64,000 nucleotides of DNA from an uncultured delta proteobacterium (GTDB lineage Bacteria; Myxococcota_A; Polyangia; Fen-1088): positions 320,001 through 384,000 of the forward strand of contig CAVWIP010000017.1 of the NCBI GenBank assembly GCA_963755125.1. The letters are read 5' to 3'. The notes under the pieces were generated by a model. The model was given only the letters and a program-made list of their open reading frames with translations. It did not search any database and was not told the origin of the DNA. This document shows, piece after piece, positions 31,001 through 38,215 of this stretch (its first letter is position 1; each line of letters starts with the position of its first letter). A program made the position numbers and the translations under genes.

Positions 31001-33268
31001 GCGGCGCTGGCAGCGTTGCGTGCGATGGCGGCCGACGCGGAGCCACCGGTCAGCGTGCTCGACATCTTGGAACCGCTGGCCGAGGCGCGCGGCGACTTCG
31101 TTGAACTGGCGGCGCTGGCCGAGGCGCGGCTCTTGCGCACGGAGGACGCTGCCGCACGGGCCGAATTGTGGCGGCGAATCGCCGACCTTGCGGAAGCGCG
31201 TCTCGCGGATCTGCCACGTGCGGTGGATGCCCTGGGCCGCGCGCTGCGGGAGGATCCCCAGGCCTTCGACACCGCGGACCAGATGGAACGCGTGGCCGAG
31301 CGGGCAGGCGCGCCCGTCGAGGCCGCGCGCCGGCTGGAGGCGGTGCTGGACGCGCTGGACGGATCGGCGCTGGCCCAGATGGGTATGCGGGCGGCACGCC
31401 AGTACCTGCTGGCCGGGGGAGCAGACAACGAGGGCGCAGCCGAGCGGATCTATGGGCGGGTTCTGCAAGTCGAACCAGAGAACCTCGCGGCGCTAGAGGC
31501 CGTCGAGGCGCTGTATCGTCGCCGGGGTGATGGGAAGCAGGTGGCAGCCATGCTTGAGCGGCGGGGCGCGCTGGAACTGGATCCGGTGCGTCGGCTGGCG
31601 CTCTATGGCGAGGCCGCCCGGTTGCACGAAGAGCGCGGCGATCTCGCGATGGCCATAGCGGCTTGGCAGACGGGGCGAGAGGGTGATGAATCCAATCTGC
31701 AGGCCCTCGACGAGCTAGCGCGCCTTCACGAGAAGGCAGGTAAGCTGGACGGTCTGGTCGAGGTGTTGACCGACAAGTCGCACATCATCGAGGACAATGC
31801 CCAGCGTGCGGCGCTCTACATCCGCATCGGCACGATCAAGGCCGGGCCGCTGGCCGACTTGGATGGCGCCGCAGCCGCGTTCCGCGAGGCACTCGACCTG
31901 GCCCCGGAAGACCCGGTCGCGGTGGCGGCTCTGGCCGACATCGAAGAGAAGCGCGGCGACTACACAGCGCTCGAGGAGGCGCTGCTGCGTCAGCTGTCTG
32001 CGGTCCATGGCCTCGAATGCGTTCCGGTCCTGACCCGCCTGGCGCGCAACGCGGTCGATCGGCTCAATGATGCCGACCGCGCGCTGGTGTATTTGCACCA
32101 GGTGCTGGACGCCGATGCCGAGAATCGCGCCGCCTCTGCCGAGACCGAGCGGATCTTGGCTTCGCTCGAACGCTGGCACGAACTGATCGAGGTGCTGGAG
32201 CGTCGGGCCGAGATCGAGGCGCGCACCGGCCATGCCGAGGCGGAACTGGCTTGTCGCGTTCTGGTGGCCAGCATCTGGGGCGAGAAACTAGGCGCCACGG
32301 ACAGCGCGCTCGAGGCCCTGCAGGCTGTGCTCGCACGCGATCCCCGTCACTTCCCCTCGTTGTTGGCAGTGGCGCAGATCCACGAGAGCGAAGAACGCTG
32401 GGCCGAGGCCGGCGAGGCCTTGCAAAAAGCTGCCGAGACCGCGGCCTCGCCCCAGGACAGGGCCACGCTTCTGTGTCGCATGGCCAACGTGCGCGCGGCC
32501 ACCGGAGCCCCGGTCGAGGAAGTGTCGGCTCTCTACCACTCGGCCCTGGATCAGGATCCGACCTGCCTGGTCGCCGTGATGGCCCTGGAAGGGATGGCCC
32601 GGGCGGCGAACGAGTCCGCCCAGCTGGTGCAATTGCTGGAGGCGCGTGAAGGGCTCGAGCGTGACGAAGGCAAGCGCAAGACTCTGCTTGCGGAAATAGC
32701 ATCGCTGTACGCCGGGCCACTGGCCCGGCCTGACCAGGCGGTGGGTCCGCTGGAACGGCTGCTCGGCCTGACGCCCGAGGATGTGGGTGTGCAGGAACGG
32801 CTGGGTACCGCGCTCATCGCGGCAGGCCGAGTCGACGAGGGAGAATTCGCGCTTTCGCAATTGGCGGATCAGTTCGCCAGGGCCAAGCAGCCCAAGAACG
32901 TGGCGCGCCTGCAGGTCTTGCTGGGACGCTTTGCCGAGACACGGGGCGATCTGGCAGCAGCCAAACAGCGCTTCCTGGCCGCGTATCAGATCGATCCCAC
33001 GCAGGCCCCCACGCTGGCTGCGCTGGCTGCGCTAGCAGTCGCGCAGAACGACAGCGAAAACGCTCGCAAGTACTACCGGACCTTGCTCCTGCAGAGCTTC
33101 GATGAAAAGGCAGTGGGGTTGAGCAAGGCGCAGATCTACCTCGCGCTCGGCAAACTGCACCAGGAGGCGGGCGAAATGGCCAAGGCTCGCAACATGTTCG
33201 AGCGTGGGCTGGAGACCGATCTGAAGAACGAAGCCCTCAGGCAGGCACTGGCCGGTCTGCCCAAGTAG
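22040..33268 (+). CDS. Giant TPR-repeat protein (about 3740 aa), AgmK-like myxobacterial motility-associated family
   Basis: Uninterrupted ORF made of helical repeats of the type AL.ALE.LY...E.W..L..LL; size similar to Myxococcus AgmK; start MNNDLSTAL. Confidence 0.88.
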   Translation: MNNDLSTALATLRSDPEDSQALALLAGLQPGDATASERDAVQVALAAERAWHTDRENVEPCLRLLDLELAWGQDPIRRATLFVEKARLLHREMCQWETAHACVREALEIARNHPAAAEFKRVLEEEEAGWQERADALVRQADEVGDSPGGAPLLAAAGELYLRYRPLTSEGESLLRRSFALDAHQRRADVLLERLLRGAGRKDELAEHLQRRIAAAASPQDIAAARAAAGRLAEQMNRSDQALDNYREVLAASPGHERALHGVARILTARENWAELVTVYETALRAAKRGVAEGPILIALGEIYWKRLNQIAQAEACFRRARKTMPAVAPVLDFYREYHLSHDEFPQLFALLGQAQKAEADPEARVRYGIEMAELAEQRPQLLEKAVDAWKALRRLKPGLPEAVTALRRLYTKTEKWNALLELLKERCEALPPDAVDEKVALYLEMIPIYRDHLKLDVMVVNTYVAILGLRPDHAEALSALAERYQAQGRWGDLANILARQAQCSSELVERVALYHRVAHLWMDKFNNHHNAVAALEKVLELVPSDEKARATLREIYVRARSWRSLLDFMRRELPLLDAPARQARLAEMATLAAERLADLRQAIGLWNEVLQLAPQDRDAVVALSALYEREKRWPALAEILGRLAESAGGDATSDGCALLEKRGLTLLERLGAPAAAVEVLARVRRSQSENPRVLRALRDAYTQMGDFDTLEALYAGRGAWEELCDVLSQVAERTTDMVLRARLLGRVADVARDKLNQPERVLKAYEGILATDPDNRAVARAAADLYEASERWGRLVATYEIMLGPELAPALSLGESLAILERARFICETKLEAKSLAFKWCARAYRLAPTDADVRADLERMGEAAEEWEGLLGLLAARLDSEGEDRPGPEEQLSLLRRCLFIADERVDRPDDLKRFAERILALVPGDDEAENALLKLYTKSERWADLIALQHVRQARMQDPDLRAEVLLRIAHMQEERLGDRTAAAATLREACEIEPQNMRLLRELVRVLDAVGDVRGLVEALARQVGLCADAERAVVLLRMGRLLETSLAQPARATDAYLQTLEADPISAEAVEGLERLFAAGAVRQEDIAKVAGRLLPYYELTERFDKWAGMLEALVSVTADRNERRAQLELLVDLYQGPLADAVAAFGTVLRVFEMEPGNPSVRERLLELGAGADKLPTLAEAARRVLAATEEPSLRQEIFMLIAEVEERQPDRKGEAEEALRAVLQLDPLHMGAYRALARLVRDGERWGALRDLIEAREQHLPDVKERLALLWQAVEIDEALLYDRDHTTEVLRRIVQLDPTDLRACRVLERNYAAAERWRDLDDLLVHEADLVPQEELPELKLRRAELALVRFNNAGEALDLLAEVLALAPGHARAIGLTERVLDDPEQRRRAAMMLEPLYATAENWTRLVEILDIEREGQEGPAAVALLVRKAEVQETHLQAPTAAWDTRRAVLECDPQSETALLQTERLAGILGCWSELQALYQDLAGKRDPSDIGGIAELLSRAARLYQGPLVDRGAAIRTWRRVLDLDLSNARTGVAAAAALETLYVETGDIQGLVYVLRARSEWAEDRREQAALGLRIAELEENSLRNIPAAVATYRSLLDSEGEAADKAFESLERIFQQAGQARERVELLRRRADAVDAVARNQLRHRMAAILETELHDVDEAIATVSPVLDDTPDDVEALKTLARLYHSKGAAAEHLEILERLLLLAGSDRERIDLLRAIAGLLQGPLGRRTEALERWREILRLAPGEADALAEMERLLDDADVALRFAAAETLEPIYRAAGDGPRLARVLRVFIDLAEDARARAGYRAHLAEIEESKLGDKQAALQTWAAAIRDGTSDPDLGRLLDNYERLALAAGIENVIEIIDLYRAVEPDVLAEETRLRVQRAIAEHALSLGDLPLSIDYFSRIAERRPDDDAALAALEQIYRQQENLASLYEVILRRADLADLPRTEVPLRREAGSLAVRLARKDEAIAAWERVWTLLPGDAEAVAALDALYVELRRWDDLVNLLERRLERDLSRDQDIELRFRLAEIQRIELANRERALEYLGQVLEREPDHAPSIQILQDLLEDPEARMTAATLLEPVYIRRSAWKELVAIDSLRLKYSEDPEQRLTWTQRIAQVYEEQIEDLDEAFSWYGRVFQEKATERTALEQLLRLAPKLGRWRDVGKLLDEFLENELSNPDEVLALVRVAIRVFDHELDDREAARRHYRRYLEAQPGNRAAAELFEEALERWEAWTELRDLLDEQARLVESPAERADLLRRSARISEENLSQAGAAVDSLRAVLEIDPDDASAAASLEQLLAAEERWEDLRDHLVWMLGRAESVTAKDAITLELAEVEGKRLGHASVAVDFYGEVLGRTPSHANAIAALEGMLGDAEQRVRVAELLEPAYRTVRNLRKLSDILEVRLETIEDPPRRVAALREKAAAEVQLGRPIEAQAALGRAWLEDVSDSLTLAELDGLAAAASGWQQLASTLDKGIEATLLPDLRADLYARKAKILEERLAAPDLAVEAWREAIASRPDYQQAFAAIERLLEAASRSAELAEILERHAEVAVEAREREQLTKRVAVLHEKVLGQPEKAIAAWRSVLDLDQEDVEALDALERLYSELADWTSLAEVLRRKAEACHDVGTLRRLCFQAAQLHDEKLHDASEAASQLRAILDINPDDAEALEFIGRIYAREGKHAELVEVLDARARGAASVEERDALALAAARLVQAELSDVASAVERYRTILERTPTHEKARAALWDLARQEDHRATAIAVLEPLLRAGQEWRSLGELLELRLLGEDEPGRRLATLAEIARVAEQCLGDGAAAFSTWARALAEDAGDASVRTALERLAEAQGALPELAKIYEERLKGSYDTEVQRWLASRLAVLYEQSLANPARAVELWREVAGMPGGEAEALGHLEVVLRGLGRNSDLEEVLARRAEIAVQGTTQADFLADLGELRLHHLSDPDGAIDAFRAALERVPTQGAALAALRAMAADAEPPVSVLDILEPLAEARGDFVELAALAEARLLRTEDAAARAELWRRIADLAEARLADLPRAVDALGRALREDPQAFDTADQMERVAERAGAPVEAARRLEAVLDALDGSALAQMGMRAARQYLLAGGADNEGAAERIYGRVLQVEPENLAALEAVEALYRRRGDGKQVAAMLERRGALELDPVRRLALYGEAARLHEERGDLAMAIAAWQTGREGDESNLQALDELARLHEKAGKLDGLVEVLTDKSHIIEDNAQRAALYIRIGTIKAGPLADLDGAAAAFREALDLAPEDPVAVAALADIEEKRGDYTALEEALLRQLSAVHGLECVPVLTRLARNAVDRLNDADRALVYLHQVLDADAENRAASAETERILASLERWHELIEVLERRAEIEARTGHAEAELACRVLVASIWGEKLGATDSALEALQAVLARDPRHFPSLLAVAQIHESEERWAEAGEALQKAAETAASPQDRATLLCRMANVRAATGAPVEEVSALYHSALDQDPTCLVAVMALEGMARAANESAQLVQLLEAREGLERDEGKRKTLLAEIASLYAGPLARPDQAVGPLERLLGLTPEDVGVQERLGTALIAAGRVDEGEFALSQLADQFARAKQPKNVARLQVLLGRFAETRGDLAAAKQRFLAAYQIDPTQAPTLAALAALAVAQNDSENARKYYRTLLLQSFDEKAVGLSKAQIYLALGKLHQEAGEMAKARNMFERGLETDLKNEALRQALAGLPK

Positions 33269-33276
33269 TCCAGCCG

Positions 33277-35412
33277 TCACTCGTTCTCGTAGGGCAAGCG
33301 CCAGATGCGGAAGGGCTTGTCCGTGCCGAAGTAGAGGCGGGTGAATGCTGGTTGTGTGAGCGAGCCATCCTTGGCGTAGGTCAGGGCGTAGCGAACCCCG
33401 AGATGTCTGAGCAGGGGGTTGGTGGGCGAGGCATACAGATTGAAGGAGCCCTCGTTCGGATTCTTGAATTTGATGTGGTCGTCGTCGAGGGGAAGCTGGA
33501 AATAGGCGATCTCCGCGTATCGGTTGTAGATGTACTTGAAAGCGCCCGAGGGATCGAGCGCACTCCACAGTGAAAGTTGCGGATGAAAATGCACGCCGGT
33601 CAGTGCGCGTCCGCCCATGGTGGCCAGCACCGTGCCAATCAGCGGTTCGGGGGGACCACCGCTCGCGACCCACAGGCTGTGCAGCCCGGCGGCTTGATCG
33701 TCCTCCACCACCTGGTGCACGGCCTTGTACAGCGGCGAGGCTTCGACGGGAGCGAAGCCAACCGACAAGGGGTTGAAGTTGCCCGCTGTCGCGAGCAGTT
33801 CGACGGCCAGAAGGCTGGCGAAGATGCGGCGCTTGCTCAGCAGCAACACCAGGGCTTGCAGCGCGATGAGAGCTGTCACCATCTGCATGATGAGGGGTAT
33901 CCGCCCGCCTCCCAACATGGCCGTCTTGGGAAACACGTTCCTGATGTGTTGCAGAGATGCCCCGATCCAGAGATAGAAGCCCGCGGTCGCCAGGACCACG
34001 CCCGCTGCAGCCAGCCATTCATTGCGGGTGAGCCGCATCGGTTCTGGATCAGGCCGCAGCAGGTAAAGGCTCAGAACGATGGAAATCAAACCGATGGCAA
34101 TCTGCGAACGAAACCCTTGCGTATAGGACCAGAGCATGAGGTCAGCCAGCCAGTGAGGGAAGTGGAAGCGACAGTAGAGGACGTGAACCATCCCCAATCC
34201 CAGCAGCGCCCAGCCAACAGGATCCAAACGGCGCCGAACCCGGGTGAGCACCAGCACAGCGAACAGCACGGTGGGAAGGAAAAGGATGAAGCCCGACGAC
34301 TCGCTGGCGTTGAATACCGGGCTCCCGATGGGCGCGGTGCGGGTGGTTTGGAAGTTGTACACGGCGCCAAAAAGCTGGGCCAGTGTGTAGTCGCCCCCGT
34401 TTAGGCGACGCCGGCCGGGGTATGCGCTGTTAGCCAGAGCCTGCAGTTCGGGCCACACCGCGAGCAGGAAGCACGCGATCAGTCCCGCCGCCACGCTTGC
34501 GGCAAGGACACCGCCCAGGACGAGTTGTCGGCGCGAAGCGCCTCGCCATGGCCGGTCGCGTATCATCACCCCCACCAGCATGGCGGCAAACGTGTAGGCG
34601 AGCGGCACCTGCCACGGCGGATACAGTTGCATGACAAAGCCGGCCGCGGCGTATCCGGCGGTGAGCGCAGCCAGCAGAGCCCTGGGCAGAGACCGTGCCG
34701 CGATCAGGTGATGGACACCGATCATGAGCATGGCCGCGAAACCCACGGTGTAGGCGGGAAAGTGGCTCCAACAGATGGGGTAGGCCGAGGCGCAGAACCA
34801 GAATGCCCCGAGAAGGGGAAGGAATCGCTGCCCGGGAAACACGATCTCCAGGGCCAGATACAACATCGTGAAACAGAAGAAAGGGGAGAACCACCACAAC
34901 CACGCCAGTCCCGCCTGCGCGCCGAACAGCAGGTAACCCCAGGTCACAGGCCTCACCAGGCTGGCGGGATGCAGAACCGGCACCCAGGAGATGAGCAGCA
35001 TGTTCTGCCCGTTGCCGATGTTGGTGTTGCGAACTGGAAAACGAGGCTGGTGCGTGAACTGCGCCAGCGACCACATGGTGGAAATCGCCCATTCGTCGCT
35101 GCGGATGGCCTGTGATTTGGCCATGAGAAAATCGCGCAGCCAAGGTGCGCGGCCGTGCAGGGCTTTGAGGACGGGCTGGGCCAGATAGTGGTTCTCCGCC
35201 TGCTGCGGAGCCCACATCTTGGCGGAAAGAGCGATGGACGATCCGTGGACGTGCAGCGCCACCAGCAAGGCAAACAGCACCCAGACTGCGCCGAGCACGC
35301 GAGCGCGAAAGGACAGGCGGCAAAACCAAGCCAGCAAGCTGGCGAGGCGCCGGGGTGGAGACACGGGGTCGGGATTGGTTGTGCAGGGCGGCATAAGGAG
35401 GGAGGAGCGCAT
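33277..35412 (-). CDS. Polytopic membrane protein, probable GT-C/YfhO-like glycosyltransferase
   Basis: More than 10 hydrophobic segments, acidic loop motif IRSDEW, LYPPWQVP, SAYPGRR, LGVRY; start 35412 or 35394. Confidence 0.6.
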   Translation of the reverse strand: MRSSLLMPPCTTNPDPVSPPRRLASLLAWFCRLSFRARVLGAVWVLFALLVALHVHGSSIALSAKMWAPQQAENHYLAQPVLKALHGRAPWLRDFLMAKSQAIRSDEWAISTMWSLAQFTHQPRFPVRNTNIGNGQNMLLISWVPVLHPASLVRPVTWGYLLFGAQAGLAWLWWFSPFFCFTMLYLALEIVFPGQRFLPLLGAFWFCASAYPICWSHFPAYTVGFAAMLMIGVHHLIAARSLPRALLAALTAGYAAAGFVMQLYPPWQVPLAYTFAAMLVGVMIRDRPWRGASRRQLVLGGVLAASVAAGLIACFLLAVWPELQALANSAYPGRRRLNGGDYTLAQLFGAVYNFQTTRTAPIGSPVFNASESSGFILFLPTVLFAVLVLTRVRRRLDPVGWALLGLGMVHVLYCRFHFPHWLADLMLWSYTQGFRSQIAIGLISIVLSLYLLRPDPEPMRLTRNEWLAAAGVVLATAGFYLWIGASLQHIRNVFPKTAMLGGGRIPLIMQMVTALIALQALVLLLSKRRIFASLLAVELLATAGNFNPLSVGFAPVEASPLYKAVHQVVEDDQAAGLHSLWVASGGPPEPLIGTVLATMGGRALTGVHFHPQLSLWSALDPSGAFKYIYNRYAEIAYFQLPLDDDHIKFKNPNEGSFNLYASPTNPLLRHLGVRYALTYAKDGSLTQPAFTRLYFGTDKPFRIWRLPYENE

Positions 35413-35542
35413 TTTGCCACGAGTTGGCCAGGCGAGAGTCATTTGACAGCGAGCCTGGTAGTACGTAGAACTGCGCCGAATCTCGTCGGAGCGCGCAAGA
35501 TTGGGAGCCGCTCCTCTCCAAAAGAAAGGTAGGGACAACACT

Positions 35543-35842
35543 ATGACTCGAACATTGAAGGCCGTCATGTCTCTCGTGCTTGGTGGAACGCTCTTCGTTG
35601 GCACCGCCTGCGAGGACCAGAAGTGCAAAGAGGATCTGCAGGCCGCCCAGACGGCGGCTGAGACAGCCCAGAAGAACCTCACCGCAAAGCAGAACGAGCT
35701 CAACGCGGCCAAGGGCGGGCTTGCGGCGGCCCAGGCCGAGGTGGCGAAGCTGAAGAAAGAGGCGGAGGATGCCAAGGCAGCCGCGGCCAAGCCGGCCGAG
35801 CCTGCGGCTCCTGCTCCAGGCGCGAAGAAGGGCAAGAAGTAA
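35543..35842 (+). CDS. Small coiled-coil lipoprotein
   Basis: AGGGA RBS, signal ending VGTAC, Ala/Lys heptads, basic tail. Confidence 0.8.
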   Translation: MTRTLKAVMSLVLGGTLFVGTACEDQKCKEDLQAAQTAAETAQKNLTAKQNELNAAKGGLAAAQAEVAKLKKEAEDAKAAAAKPAEPAAPAPGAKKGKK

Positions 35843-35913
35843 CCACGCGATAAGCGAGCGGGCTTGGCCCATGGGCGCCTAGTGAGGCGTCCACGGGTGC
35901 TTGCTAGTGCCTA

Positions 35914-35960
35914 ACAAGAAGAGCCCTCGTCGGGGATGACCCGCGAGGGCATTTTCTTGT
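35914..35960. terminator. Probable bidirectional intrinsic terminator
   Basis: ACAAGAA..GCCCTCG..CGGG / CCCG..CGAGGGC..TTCTTGT stem between convergent genes. Confidence 0.7.
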
Positions 35961-35989
35961 CCGAAACGATCTTTTGCCCGACGGAGTCG

Positions 35990-37771
35990 CTATTCCTTGG
36001 CCAGGAGTCGTGCGCGCAGCAACTCGTGCTGGTGCCACATCTCATCTGGCAGGCGCGTGCCGAACCCGTCGAAGAACTGCCCCACGGCGTCCACTTCGGC
36101 CAACCAGTCCTTGCGGTTGATGGCGAAGAGTTTGTCCATCGCCCCGTTGGGCATGCTCAGGCCCGTCATGTCGATATCGTTCGGGTTGGGCACGTAGCCG
36201 ATGGGTGTCTCCGCTGCTTGGACCTCGCCGCGGCAGCGGGCGAGGATCCACTCCACGATGCGCAGATTCTCGCCGAAGCCGGGCCAGAGGAACTTTCCAT
36301 TCTCGTCGGTGCGGAACCAGTTCACATGGAAGATCTTCGGCTGGTACTTCACCCGAGAGCCCATCTCCACCCAGTGCCCGAAGTAGTCCGCCATGTTGTA
36401 GCCGCAGAAGGGGAGCATGGCCATCGGGTCACGCCGGACCTCGCCCAGGGCGCCGAACTGTGCCGCAGTTCGTTCGCTGGCCATGCTGGCGCCGAGGTAC
36501 ACGCCGTGGTTCCAGTCGAGCGCCTGGTAAACCAGGGGCGCCAAGGTCGCGCGGCGTCCACCAAAGATGATGGCGTCGATGGCCACGCCGTGGTGCTGGT
36601 TGTAGCGGAAGGAATGGGTTGGACAGTTGGTGAAGGGCGCGGTGAAACGGCTGTTGGGGTGGCTGGCCAGAATCGAGTTTCCGTCCTTGTCCTTGAGGCC
36701 TGCTCTCCAGGGGCGTCCTTGCCAGTCCAGGGCTTGGGTCGGGGCCGGATCGTCGTGGCCCTCCCACCACACCGTGCCGTCGGGCTTGAGCGCCACGTTG
36801 GTGTAGATGGTGCCGCGGTTGATGGTGGCCATGGCAACGGAATTGCTGCGCGTGTTGGTACCAGGCACCACACCGAAAAAGCCCATCTCGGGATTGACTG
36901 CCCAGAGGCGGCCATCGGTGTCCACCTTCATCCAGGCGATGTCGTCACCCACGGTCCAGATGCGGTAGCCCTTCTGCTTCAGCCCCTCGGGCGGCAACAG
37001 CATGGCCAGGTTGGTCTTGCCGCACGCGCTGGGAAACGCCGCCGCCACGTACTGGATGCGGCCGTTGGGCTCCTCGATACCGAGAATGAGCATGTGCTCG
37101 GCCAGCCATTTCTCACGCTGGGCCAGCACGCTGGCAATGCGCAGGGCGAGGCACTTCTTGCCCAGCAGGACATTGCCGCCGTAACCGCTGCCCACCGACC
37201 AGATCGCGTTGTCCTCGGGAAAGTGCAGGATCAGGCGGCGGTTGACGTCGAGATCGGCTTTGCTGTGCAGACACTTGGTGAACTCGCCCTGAGGGCCAAG
37301 CGCATCCATCACCTCGCTGCCCATGCGGGTCATGATGCGCATGTTGAGCACCACGTAGATACTGTCAGTCAGTTCCACGCCGATTTTGGAAAACGGCGAG
37401 CCAACCGGGCCCATGGCAAAAGGCACCACGTACATGGTGCGGCCCTTCATCGCGCCGTTGAAGTAGTCGCGCGCCTTGCGATATGCCTCGCGCGGACTCA
37501 TCCAATTGTTGGTTGGCCCGGCGTCGCCCTGGAAGCTGGTGCAGATGTACGTGAGGTGTTCGGTGCGTGCCACATCGTTGGCCGCTGTTCGGTGAAGGAA
37601 GCAATCCGGCAACTTTTCCTGGTTGAGTTCGATGAGCTCGCCGGTCTTGACGGCCTGGGCGGTGAGACGCTGTCGTTCCTCGTCACTGCCGTCGCACCAG
37701 TGGATGCTGTCCGGCTGGCACATGGCGGCCATGGCGTCGACCCATTCCTGAACGTGTGCATACTTGATCAT
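35990..37771 (-). CDS. pckG: Phosphoenolpyruvate carboxykinase (GTP)
   Basis: GSGYGGNVLLGKKC, AAFPSACGKTNLAM, VGDDIAWM, HPNSRFTAP, RRDPMAMLPFCGYN. Confidence 0.97.
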   Translation of the reverse strand: MIKYAHVQEWVDAMAAMCQPDSIHWCDGSDEERQRLTAQAVKTGELIELNQEKLPDCFLHRTAANDVARTEHLTYICTSFQGDAGPTNNWMSPREAYRKARDYFNGAMKGRTMYVVPFAMGPVGSPFSKIGVELTDSIYVVLNMRIMTRMGSEVMDALGPQGEFTKCLHSKADLDVNRRLILHFPEDNAIWSVGSGYGGNVLLGKKCLALRIASVLAQREKWLAEHMLILGIEEPNGRIQYVAAAFPSACGKTNLAMLLPPEGLKQKGYRIWTVGDDIAWMKVDTDGRLWAVNPEMGFFGVVPGTNTRSNSVAMATINRGTIYTNVALKPDGTVWWEGHDDPAPTQALDWQGRPWRAGLKDKDGNSILASHPNSRFTAPFTNCPTHSFRYNQHHGVAIDAIIFGGRRATLAPLVYQALDWNHGVYLGASMASERTAAQFGALGEVRRDPMAMLPFCGYNMADYFGHWVEMGSRVKYQPKIFHVNWFRTDENGKFLWPGFGENLRIVEWILARCRGEVQAAETPIGYVPNPNDIDMTGLSMPNGAMDKLFAINRKDWLAEVDAVGQFFDGFGTRLPDEMWHQHELLRARLLAKE

Positions 37772-37830
37772 GGGATCGAGACTTCTGACATGAACCAGTC
37801 GCCAGGGTCAACTGCGGCGCTGGCTTTGCG

Positions 37831-38184
37831 TTACTTCAGAGGAGGTCGATCCGATTTGCCACGTACCGCGTCGGCTGGATATCGGGTCCGGTTGATTTCC
37901 AGCTTGGCACGCATGGCTGCCACGGGATCCGCGCCGATACGTTCGCAAAGCAGCAGCAAGGCGATGCCGACGTCGCCAATCTCTGACAGGATACGAACCC
38001 GCCGCTCTCCGTCCCGCGATGCCGCATCGGCCTGATCGCTGGGCACCCATCGGTACTCGGCGAGCAGTTCGCCCGCCTCGGAGCCGAGCAGCATGGCCAG
38101 GTTCTTGGGGTCGTGAAACTGCTGCCAGTCGCGCTCGGCCACGAACTGGCGGAGTTGGGCCAGTAGTTCCTGAAGGTTGTCCAT
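37831..38184 (-). CDS. MazG-like nucleotide pyrophosphohydrolase (dCTP pyrophosphatase type)
   Basis: FVAERDWQQFHDPKNLAM..EAGELL..EIGDV..N..RYP; GGAG RBS. Confidence 0.9.
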   Translation of the reverse strand: MDNLQELLAQLRQFVAERDWQQFHDPKNLAMLLGSEAGELLAEYRWVPSDQADAASRDGERRVRILSEIGDVGIALLLLCERIGADPVAAMRAKLEINRTRYPADAVRGKSDRPPLK

Positions 38185-38215
38185 CGCGATGGTCTCCTCC
38201 TGCCAGCGTCGCGGT

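Noticed and set aside
35443..35471. Sigma70-like promoter TTGACA-N17-TAGAAC
   Set aside because: The -10 lacks the conserved final T; plausible but unsupported
35936..38035. 699-aa plus-strand ORF and similar long antisense ORFs (e.g. 56052-57707, 24947-26503)
   Set aside because: Shadows of well-supported opposite-strand genes, expected in high-GC DNA
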